The notes under the pieces were generated by a model. It searched no databases. It was given only the letters and a program-made list of their open reading frames with translations, and was not told the origin of the DNA. From positions 1-18,289 of the forward strand of contig JBIOTN010000178.1 of assembly GCA_044866005.1 (NCBI GenBank): a DNA stretch of 18,289 bases, given 5' to 3'. Below, one piece after another: positions 1 to 7,114 of this stretch. The position numbers were made by a program, and so were the translations under genes. The first letter of the stretch is position 1. The number at the start of each line of letters is the position of its first letter. The DNA is from Candidatus Rokuibacteriota bacterium. Lineage in GTDB: Bacteria > Methylomirabilota > Methylomirabilia > Rokubacteriales > DASRDR01.

Positions 1-96
1 TCCCACGCGAGCTTCCAGCAGAAGAACTACCGGCTCGTGTACCATATCCTTCACAGCTTCTTCAGCCAGCCGGACCCCGTCTACCGCGGGGCCTGA
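1..96 (+). CDS. 3' end of a CDS truncated by the window edge (SHASFQQKNYRLVYHILHSFFSQPDPVYRGA*), possibly an alpha/beta hydrolase
   Basis: Frame +1 is open from base 1 to TGA at 94-96 with GC3-biased codons. The SHA.F...N...VYHIL..FF pattern resembles the catalytic-His loop and C-terminal helix of alpha/beta hydrolases; the product call is weak. Confidence 0.55.
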   Translation, partial: SHASFQQKNYRLVYHILHSFFSQPDPVYRGA

Positions 97-128
97 GCCC
101 CAGACCGGCCGGCATCACGGAGGACTCC

Positions 129-1148
129 ATGAGCCACGCGCGACTCGCGGTTCTCGTGCTCCTGCTGCTCGCCTGGCCGCCCGGCCTTGCCGCCGCCGCG
201 GGCTTCACCCCGGACACGGTGGACATGGCCGCGGCGAAGCGGGAAGGGACGGTCACCTGGTACACGTCCACGCCGGTCGGCACGGCCCAGAAGATCGCCA
301 ACCTCTTCGAGGCCGAGACCGGCGTCAAGGTGGAGCTGTTCCGGTCCGGCGGCTCCGCGGTGCTGAGCCGCTTCATGCAGGAGATCGGCGCCCGGCGCGT
401 CGTGGCCGACGTCGTGACCATCTCGGACCCGGCCGCCGCCGGCTCGCTGATCAAGCGCGACCTGCTGGTGCCCTTCCGCCCGCGGAACTTCGACAAGATC
501 CCGGACGAGGTGAAGGACCCCAAGGGCTACCACGTCGCCCAGCGGCTGAACCTGATCGGCATCGTCGTCCGCACGGACAAGGGGCTCGAGCTGCCGCGGA
601 CCTGGCTCGACCTCACCGACCCCAAGTACAAGGGGAAGATGGTGATGCCGGACCCGTCCTTCACCGCGATCCAGCTCATGGTGGTGGGCGCGCTCTCGCA
701 GAAGTACGGCTGGGAGTTCTACCAGAAGCTCCGGGCGAACGACACCATGATCGTCCAGGGCCACCAGCAGGTCTCGGACACGCTCAAGCGCGGCGAGCGG
801 CTGATGGCCGCGGAGGGGCTCGACTCCTACACCTGGGAGGACCGGCAGGCGGGGCACAAGGTGCAGACCCTCTTCCCCCAGGACGGCGCCTTCGCCATCC
901 CCGCCCCGACGATGGTGATCAAGGGCTCGCCCCATCCCAACGCCGCCAAGGCGTTCGCCGCGTTCATGATCGGCGACGGCGTGCAGAAGCTCTTCCCGGG
1001 CGAGGGCATCTACGCCGCGCGGTCGGACGTCGAACCGCCGCCCGGCAACCCCGCCCTGGGCCAGATCAAGCTCATGCCGATCGACTACGAGTTCGTGGAG
1101 AAAGAGGGAAAGAACCTCAAGAACCGGTTCAACGAGATCTTCCAGTAG
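129..1148 (+). CDS. ABC transporter extracellular solute-binding protein (Fe3+/thiamine/polyamine AfuA-like family)
   Basis: GGAGGA RBS at 119-124; N-terminal signal peptide; motifs AAKREGTVTWYTS, FEAETGVKVELFRSG, P.TW.DL.DPKYKGK, HPNAAKAFAAF typical of this SBP family. Confidence 0.9.
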   Translation: MSHARLAVLVLLLLAWPPGLAAAAGFTPDTVDMAAAKREGTVTWYTSTPVGTAQKIANLFEAETGVKVELFRSGGSAVLSRFMQEIGARRVVADVVTISDPAAAGSLIKRDLLVPFRPRNFDKIPDEVKDPKGYHVAQRLNLIGIVVRTDKGLELPRTWLDLTDPKYKGKMVMPDPSFTAIQLMVVGALSQKYGWEFYQKLRANDTMIVQGHQQVSDTLKRGERLMAAEGLDSYTWEDRQAGHKVQTLFPQDGAFAIPAPTMVIKGSPHPNAAKAFAAFMIGDGVQKLFPGEGIYAARSDVEPPPGNPALGQIKLMPIDYEFVEKEGKNLKNRFNEIFQ

Positions 1149-1182
1149 CTGCTCGGGGGGGCTTCCGAGACCGCCCGAGCAG
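1149..1182. terminator. GC-rich hairpin between convergent genes (probable bidirectional terminator or REP-like palindrome)
   Basis: CTGCTCGGG (1149-1157) pairs with CCCGAGCAG (1174-1182); lies between stop codons ending at 1148 and 1185; no U-tract. Confidence 0.55.
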
Positions 1183-1184
1183 AC

Positions 1185-1841
1185 TTACTGCGCGTCGAGG
1201 CGGATGAGCCCCTGCTTGATCGCGATGCGGATCAGCTCGACGAGGTTGTGGGCGCCGAGCTTCGCCATCAGGTGGGTCCGGTGGCGCTCGACCGTCTTCA
1301 CGCTCACGTGCAGGACCTCGGCCATCCGCGCGTTCGTGTAGCCTTCCGCGATGAGCTGGAGCATCTCCCGCTCGCGCGGCGTGAGCTGATCGAGGGGGCC
1401 GGGGAGCCGGCCGGCCCCGGGCGCCGCGGACACGTCGGCTAGCACCGTCTCGGACACCGCCGGGCTCAGGTAGGTCGCGCCCCGGCTGACGGCCCGGATG
1501 GCGAGCGGCAGCTCGTCGGAGACCGAGCCCTTCAGCAGGAACCCCCGCGCCCCCTTCTGGAGCGCCTGGCGGACCAGGATGTCGTCCGAGTACATGGAGA
1601 GGATGACGGTCTGCGTCTTGACCTCGGGCGCCCGGAGCCGATCGAGGGCGTCGATGCCGTTGAGGCCCGGCATGGCGATGTCCATCACCACGACGTCGGG
1701 CGTGAGGGAGTGGACCAGCTCGACCGCCTCGCGGCCGTCCACCGCCTCGCCCACGACCGCGAAGTCGGGCTCCTTCTCCAGGAGCGCCCGGATGCCGGCG
1801 CGCACGAGGTGATGGTCGTCCGCCACGACGACCCGGATCAT
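1185..1841 (-). CDS. NarL/FixJ-family response regulator (REC + LuxR HTH), 218 aa
   Basis: Starts MIRVVVADDHHLVRAG; phosphoacceptor VMDIAMP; FLLK; C-terminal LTPREREMLQLIAEGYTN...SVKTVERHRTHLMAKL. ATG at 1841 overlaps the kinase stop (ATGA). The 507-aa ORF in the track is over-extended. Confidence 0.95.
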   Translation of the reverse strand: MIRVVVADDHHLVRAGIRALLEKEPDFAVVGEAVDGREAVELVHSLTPDVVVMDIAMPGLNGIDALDRLRAPEVKTQTVILSMYSDDILVRQALQKGARGFLLKGSVSDELPLAIRAVSRGATYLSPAVSETVLADVSAAPGAGRLPGPLDQLTPREREMLQLIAEGYTNARMAEVLHVSVKTVERHRTHLMAKLGAHNLVELIRIAIKQGLIRLDAQ

Positions 1842-2959
1842 TCCGCTTCCCGGATCGGCAGCTCGGCCACCAGGCGCACGCCGCCCCCCGCGCTCGACTG
1901 CACGTCGAGCCAGCCGTCGAAGAGCTCCAGCCGCTCGCGCATGCCGAGGAGGCCGATGCCGGTCGCCCCGCCGCGCGTCGTCCGCCCCGCGCGCCGCTCG
2001 AAGCCCCGGCCGTTGTCGGCGACGAGGAGGCGGAGGGCGTGCGCCTCCCGCGTCAGCCGCACGTCCACGCGCGTGGCCTGCGCGTGCTTGGCCACGTTGG
2101 TCAGCGCCTCCTGGAGGACGCGGTAGAGGCAGATGTTCATCGCATCCGGCAGCCCGCGGACCTCCGTGCCCTCGTAGTGGATGGCGAGCTGGGTGCGCCG
2201 GGAGAAGTCCCGGCAGAACGCCTCCAGGGTGAGGTTGAGCCCGACCGTGTCGAGGGCCGGCGGGCGGAGGCCCCGGGCCAGCAGCCGGATCCGCTCCTTG
2301 GTCGCGTCGGCCAGCGCGATCGCCTCGGCGAGGTTCCGGGAGAGCGCCGCGCTGTCGGCCGGCAGGTCGGCCTGGATGAGCTTGAGGCTCAGCTCGAGCG
2401 CGGTCAGCGCCTGCCCCGCCTCGTCGTGGAGCTCGCGCGAGACCCGTTGCCGCTCCTCCTCCTGGGCGAAGACCACCTGCTGGGCGAGCCGCTGGATGGC
2501 CTCCTCGGCCCGCTTCCGTCGGGTGATGTCGTGGGCGTAGACCCGGATCCGGACGTCGTCGCTCTCCCGGGCGTAGGAGATCTTCTGCTCGTACACCGCG
2601 TCGCCGGAGTCGATCTCGCGTTCCACGTAGGACTGCTCGCCGGTCTCGAAGCTCTGGATGATGGTCTTGAGGTCCTTCAGGATCGGATGGGCGAAGCCCT
2701 CGGTCCACAGCTCGGGGAAGTGCGCCTGGGCGACGGGGTTGAGGTAGGTGACCCGGCCGGTGACGTCGGTCTCGATGACGAGGTTCGGGTTCTGCTCGGG
2801 GAAGCTCGCCAGCCAGGCGAGCTTGACCTCCGCCGTCCGGTGGGCGCTGGCCAGCGCCTGAAGCTCCGCGAGCCGCTGGCGGAGCTCGGTCGCCTCACGG
2901 CGCTGGCGGCGGAGCTCGTCGAGGAGGTCCGCCTTGCTCTTGCCTCGGTCGTCGCCCAT
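1838..2959 (-). CDS. Cytoplasmic PAS-domain sensor histidine kinase (HisKA_3 + HATPase_c), ~373 aa
   Basis: N-terminal coiled coil (KSKADLLDELRR); PAS (FPEQNPNLVIETDVTGRVTYLNP...DITRRK); H-box ERQRVSRELHDEAGQ; N-box QEALTNVAKHA; G-boxes DNGRGF and GIGLLGMRER; no transmembrane segment. Start placed at ATG 2959 (alternative 2998). Confidence 0.92.
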   Translation of the reverse strand: MGDDRGKSKADLLDELRRQRREATELRQRLAELQALASAHRTAEVKLAWLASFPEQNPNLVIETDVTGRVTYLNPVAQAHFPELWTEGFAHPILKDLKTIIQSFETGEQSYVEREIDSGDAVYEQKISYARESDDVRIRVYAHDITRRKRAEEAIQRLAQQVVFAQEEERQRVSRELHDEAGQALTALELSLKLIQADLPADSAALSRNLAEAIALADATKERIRLLARGLRPPALDTVGLNLTLEAFCRDFSRRTQLAIHYEGTEVRGLPDAMNICLYRVLQEALTNVAKHAQATRVDVRLTREAHALRLLVADNGRGFERRAGRTTRGGATGIGLLGMRERLELFDGWLDVQSSAGGGVRLVAELPIREAE

Positions 2960-3219
2960 GGGCGGAACGATCCTCGCACATGCCGGGGCCGCCGCCAACC
3001 GTCACGTCGTGACGGCGCCGCGCGGGTCTCCGGCCTCGCCGCGCGGCGTTTCCGGCGAAGGGCGAGTGGGACCCCTTCCGCCGTACCCGGGGCACCGCCA
3101 GGTGCCCCGGGTCGCGGAACGGGTGACGAGCCCGGAGCCGGAGAACCCGCGCGGCGCCCGGAGGCGGCGCCGGACGCGGCGCCAGGCCGGCGGGCGACGC
3201 CGGATCGGTCGGGGCAGCG

Positions 3220-3978
3220 CTACGTCGGCGGGGCGGCCTCCAGGCCGAGCTGGCGGAGGACGTACTCCTTCAGGTCGAGGACCTCCGGGCTCGTGAGCTG
3301 GCGCGGGTGGGGGAGCGCCACCTCCACGACCTCCTGGATCTTCGCGGGCCGGCTCGTCAGGACCACGATGCGCTCGGCGAGCTGGACCGCCTCCTCGACG
3401 TCGTGGGTCACCAGGAGGCAGGTGTGACGCTCCTGGGCGAGGATGCGGAGGAGCTCCATCCGCATCCGGAGCCGCGTGAGCGCGTCGAGCGCCGCGAACG
3501 GCTCGTCCATGTAGAGGATCTCGGGCCGCACGATCAGCGCGCGCGCCACCTCCAGGCGCTTCAGCATCCCGCCGGAGAGCTCGAAGGGATAGGCGGCCTC
3601 GAAGCCCTGGAGCCCGACCAGGGCCAGGTAGTGGGCGGACAGCCGCCGGATCTCCTCCCGCCCCTGGCCGTTCAGGCCGAAGGTCACGTTGCGGCGCACG
3701 CTGAGCCAGGGGAACACCGAGCCCTGCTGCGAGATGACGATGCCCCGGGAGCTCGGCCCGGTGACCGGGACGCCGTCGATCCGCACCTCGCCGCGGTCCG
3801 GCCGCTCGAACCCGGCGACGATGTTCACGAGCGTCGTCTTGCCGCAGCCGGAGGGGCCCACCACCGCAACGAAGGCGCCCTCGGGCACGGTCAGGTCGAT
3901 CCCGTCCAGCACGGCCAGCGACCCGCCCCGGACGGGGAAGGCCTTGGCCAGGTCCCGCACCGCGATCTTATCGGGCAT
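3220..3978 (-). CDS. ABC transporter ATP-binding protein, NitT/TauT (TauB/SsuB-like) family
   Basis: Walker A GPSGCGKT, signature LSGGM, Walker B ILYMDEPF, H-loop LVTHDVEEAV; overlaps the permease stop. Confidence 0.95.
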   Translation of the reverse strand: MPDKIAVRDLAKAFPVRGGSLAVLDGIDLTVPEGAFVAVVGPSGCGKTTLVNIVAGFERPDRGEVRIDGVPVTGPSSRGIVISQQGSVFPWLSVRRNVTFGLNGQGREEIRRLSAHYLALVGLQGFEAAYPFELSGGMLKRLEVARALIVRPEILYMDEPFAALDALTRLRMRMELLRILAQERHTCLLVTHDVEEAVQLAERIVVLTSRPAKIQEVVEVALPHPRQLTSPEVLDLKEYVLRQLGLEAAPPT

Positions 3979-4726
3979 AGCGCCAGCGGACCTCGCGGAG
4001 CCCTTCCAGGCGCCGCACCATGCCGTCGAGCAGGAGACCGGTGACCCCGATGAGGACCATCCCCGCGACCACGAGATCGTAGCGGTTCCCGGCGTTCCGG
4101 GAGTCCATGATGAGGAAGCCGAGCCCGGAGTTGAGCGCGATCATCTCCGCGGCGACCACGACCAGCCAGGCCACCCCGAGGCTGATCCGCATCCCCACGA
4201 TGATGTGGGGCAACGCGGCCGGCAGGATGACGAGGCGGAAGAGCCGGAACCCGGAGACCCCGAAGTTCCGCGCGGCCCGGATGTACTGGCGCTCGATCGT
4301 GTGGACGCCGACGGTCGTGTTGACGGCCATGGGGAAGAACGCGGAAAGGAAGATCAGGAAGATGGGCGAGAGGTCGCCGACGCCGAACCAGAGGATGGCC
4401 AGCGGGATCCAGGCGATCGGCGAGATGGGCCGCAGGAGCTGGAGCAGCGGGTTCACCGCCGAGAAGATCGCGGGGAACCAGCCCATCACGATGCCGAGCG
4501 GGATGGCGAGCGCCGCGGCGGCCAGGTAGCCGGCGCCCACCCGGAAGAGCGAGGAGAGGACGTGCCGGGCGAGCAGGCCCTGCTCCGCCAGCTCCGCCAG
4601 GCCCAGCACGACCTGCCAGGGCGTGGGGATGATGACGTTCCCGCCGCGCGCGAGAGCCGCCCACCAGGCGAGCACGAGGACGGCGATCACGCCGGCGGGC
4701 GCCAGGACGGCGCGCGCGCGGCTCAC
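3968..4726 (-). CDS. ABC transporter permease, NitT/TauT (TauC/SsuC-like) family
   Basis: Hydrophobic multi-TM protein; LRPISPIAWIPLAILWFG; EAA-like loop YIRAARNFG; VVAAEMIA..SGLG; GTG start. Confidence 0.93.
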   Translation of the reverse strand: MSRARAVLAPAGVIAVLVLAWWAALARGGNVIIPTPWQVVLGLAELAEQGLLARHVLSSLFRVGAGYLAAAALAIPLGIVMGWFPAIFSAVNPLLQLLRPISPIAWIPLAILWFGVGDLSPIFLIFLSAFFPMAVNTTVGVHTIERQYIRAARNFGVSGFRLFRLVILPAALPHIIVGMRISLGVAWLVVVAAEMIALNSGLGFLIMDSRNAGNRYDLVVAGMVLIGVTGLLLDGMVRRLEGLREVRWRYAR

Positions 4727-4769
4727 CGCGGACGCCTCGGCCGCTCAGCGGTCACGGCACCTTCACCGC

Positions 4770-5780
4770 TCATCGGTCACGGATCACGGCCTCGATGCTG
4801 ATCTCCTTCGACTCCTGGAAGGTCAGCACGAGCGGGACGTGCGCGCCGCGCTCGGCCTCTCGCTGCCGCCCCATGCACATGAGGTGGAGGCCGCCGGCCT
4901 TCAGCTCGACGCGGCCGCCCGCCGGCACCGGGAGCCCGCCGTCCCGGAGCGGGCGCATCCCCATCGCGCCGCGCGGGTCCGTGTAGGCCTCGTAGAGCTC
5001 CAGCATGTGGCAGGCCGGCGAGCGCGCCGCGACCAGCCGGTCGCTCCGGCCGCCCGCGTTGACGATCACCATGTAGAACTCGCTCGAGCCGACCACCGGC
5101 GGCAGGCGCCGCGTCCAGGCGCTTTCCACGGCGATCTGCGGGCCGTCGCCGGCCGCGGTGGCGCCGTCCGCCAGCAGCCGGCCGAGGTCCTCCGCCATCT
5201 TCGGCGCCGGGGTGCCGAAGCGGAAGAGCACGCGCACGCGCCCGCCGCCGTCCACGACGATCGCCACGCTGGAGTGGTCGACGACGTAGCCCGTCGCGGG
5301 CGTCCCGCTCGATCGGAGATAGTAGATGCCGTGGCGCGCGGCGACGGCCGCGATCGCCTCGGGCGTGCCCGTGAGCCCGACGAACGTCGGGTCGAAGTGC
5401 GCCAGGTACGTGGCGAGCTGCGCCGGGGTGTCGCGCTCCGGGTCCACCGAGACGAAGAGCACCTGGACCCCTGCCGCGCGCGCGGGGCCGAGGAGCCGCA
5501 GGGCCTGGCCGACCTCGGCGAGGGTCGTGGGGCAGATCCCCGGACAGTGGGTGTAGCCGAAGTAGAGGAGCACGAGCTTGCCGCGGAAGTCGCTCAGCGC
5601 GACGGGCCGGCCCGTGTGGCTGGTCAGCGTGAAGTCGGCGGCCTGCGGCTGCTCCAGGCTGACGAGCCCGTTGAGCCGGGCCGGCCCCTCGGCCGCGACG
5701 GCGTGGCCGGGGTGGATCGAGAGGCCGGCGAGAGCGAGGAGGAGGATCCGCGTCACGGAGGGCGTGCGCCTGGTCGCCAT
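4770..5780 (-). CDS. Exported SCO1/SenC + PCuAC copper-chaperone fusion protein, 336 aa
   Basis: ATG at 5780 (MATRRTPSVTRILLLALAG... signal peptide). SCO domain: FGYTHCPGICP (CxxxC at 5532-5546), VSVDPERDTP, VDHSS. C-terminal PCuAC domain: AWTR, YMVIVNAG..DRLVAA.SP, MGMR...GLPVPAG..VELKAGGLHLM. The 605-aa ORF in the track is over-extended. Confidence 0.9.
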   Translation of the reverse strand: MATRRTPSVTRILLLALAGLSIHPGHAVAAEGPARLNGLVSLEQPQAADFTLTSHTGRPVALSDFRGKLVLLYFGYTHCPGICPTTLAEVGQALRLLGPARAAGVQVLFVSVDPERDTPAQLATYLAHFDPTFVGLTGTPEAIAAVAARHGIYYLRSSGTPATGYVVDHSSVAIVVDGGGRVRVLFRFGTPAPKMAEDLGRLLADGATAAGDGPQIAVESAWTRRLPPVVGSSEFYMVIVNAGGRSDRLVAARSPACHMLELYEAYTDPRGAMGMRPLRDGGLPVPAGGRVELKAGGLHLMCMGRQREAERGAHVPLVLTFQESKEISIEAVIRDR

Positions 5781-5782
5781 CG

Positions 5783-6838
5783 CTAGTTCCTCGGGACCGA
5801 GAAGTCCACCGGCTTGAAGCTCCGGGCGAAGCTCTCGTCCACGTATTTCTCGTATGCCACGGGCCGGCTGATGATACCAGCCTCGAGGGCCAGCTGCATC
5901 ATCTCGTTGAACTCCGACCGGACGGGCTGGAGATCCCCGTAGGTGACCCGGTCCGGCGGGGTCGTCATGACGAACCTCAGCACCTCGGACCGCTGGTTGA
6001 AGAACCGCGGCCCGGCGGCGAGGTCCGCCGCCAGGAGGCGATTGGCCTGCGAGGCGTCGAGCCACCGCCCGGCCGACATGACGTAGTTCACGAGCTGCTG
6101 GAGGCGGTCCCGGTCCGACCGGATCAGCTCCTCCCGCACCGTCAGCACGCAGCAGATGTAGTTGGGCCAGTCCGTGCGGGTCATGTGGAGCGGCCGGCCG
6201 TAGCCGGCCTTCTCCGCCACCGCCCCGAAGGGCTCGCCGGTCGCGTAGGCCTGCACGGCGCCCGCGTAGAGGGCCGCCGGCATGTCGGGCGGGTTCATCT
6301 CGATGATGGCGACGTCGCTCGGCGACATCCCCTGCTGCTTGAGGAGTCGCCGCACGAAGAGGTAGTCCACGGCGAAGCGGCTCGGCACCGCGATCCGCTT
6401 GCCCTTGAGGTCTCGCAGGCTCTTGACCGGCGAGTCGGTCTTCACCATGACGACCGCGCCCGACCGGTGCCCGAGCGCGATGATCTTGAGCGGCACGCCC
6501 TTGTCGGCGAGGTCCATGGCCAGGGGCGCCAGGAAGTAGGCCGCCTTCACCCGCCCGGTCATGAGCGACTCCTTGAGCTCCGCCCACCCGCTGAACTTCA
6601 CGTACTCGGTCAGCGCGCCGCCCAGGGTCTTTCCCAGGCCCGCGTCGTGCTCGATCGCCCTACAGGCGACCGGGAGGGTGAGGTTTCAGGTGACGGGCAG
6701 CCCGGCCACCTTCAGCGGCTCGGCGGCCGCCGCGGGGATGGCCAGGAAGAGCAGGAACAGCCACGTGGCCGGCCCCGGGCGGCCCGTGGGGATTCCGTGA
6801 GCTCGGCGGTGCCCGGTTCCGTGGGGGACTTCGCGCAT
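5783..6838 (-). CDS. ABC transporter substrate-binding protein (NitT/TauT, NMT1/CmpA-like), probable selenoprotein with Sec at codon 51; 351 aa
   Basis: AGGAGG at 6849-6844, 5 nt before ATG 6838. The frame reads MREVPHG...WLFLLFLAIPAAAAEPLKVAGLPVT[TGA 6688-6686]NLTLPVAC...EYVKFSGWAELKESL and joins the 272-aa track ORF (LKGKRIAVP, PPDMPAAL, GEPFGA, YICCVL). The signal peptide and first beta strand lie upstream of the TGA; a SECIS-like hairpin follows it. Confidence 0.85.
6652..6672 (-). promoter_or_regulatory. Putative bacterial SECIS element
   Basis: mRNA: UGA-AACCUCACCCUCC-CGGUCGCC-UGUAG-GGCGAUCG. This is an 8-bp stem (one G-U) with a 5-nt loop carrying GU at positions 2-3; 21 nt separate the UGA from the loop. 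Confidence 0.7.
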
Positions 6839-6882
6839 GCGCGCCTCCTGGGCGACGCGGACGATCGCGTCCGGCCCGCGCC

Positions 6883-6911
6883 ACTGTCGTCTCCCCGGGG
6901 GTCCGCGTCAA
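6883..6911 (-). promoter_or_regulatory. Putative sigma70 promoter of the Sec-SBP/SCO-PCuAC/ABC operon
   Basis: Minus strand TTGACG (6911-6906) - 17 nt - GACAGT (6888-6883), about 45 nt upstream of ATG 6838; the -10 is weak. Confidence 0.4.
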
Positions 6912-7027
6912 TCCGGCGACTCCGCCATTCTGAGGGGCGCCGTCCCCCGCGCGCCCCGAGGGTTTCCCCTCATCGCGCGGGGAGCCGCCCTCACGGCGCG
7001 GCGCCTGCCGCCCCCGTCCGGCCCGCC

Positions 7028-7056
7028 TTGACATCGCTCCGGCAGCCGACCATCAT
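7028..7056 (+). promoter_or_regulatory. Putative sigma70 promoter of the peptide ABC operon
   Basis: Consensus TTGACA (7028-7033) - 17 nt - CATCAT (7051-7056), upstream of AAGGAG and ATG 7115. Confidence 0.6.
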
Positions 7057-7114
7057 CAGTCGCGCGTGAGAGGCCCGGAGGGAGTCCGCCCGAGGAGAGA
7101 AAGGAGCGCTGGAG

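Noticed and set aside
1842..2708. N-terminal extensions of track ORFs 1185..2708, 4770..6587, 8744..10783, 10399..11646, 13243..14499 and 15939..17384
   Set aside because: The extensions are Arg/Pro/Gly-rich off-frame or intergenic readings that mostly overlap real genes. True starts were reassigned using family motifs, RBS and ATGA coupling.
6686..6688. Interpreting the in-frame TGA as a nonsense mutation (pseudogene) or as genetic code 4/25 Trp/Gly reassignment
   Set aside because: Many genes here terminate at TGA (ATGA overlaps at 1838, 9843, 10781), so there is no global reassignment. The intact RBS, signal peptide, operon and SECIS-like hairpin favour Sec. A pseudogene is not fully excluded without homolog alignment.
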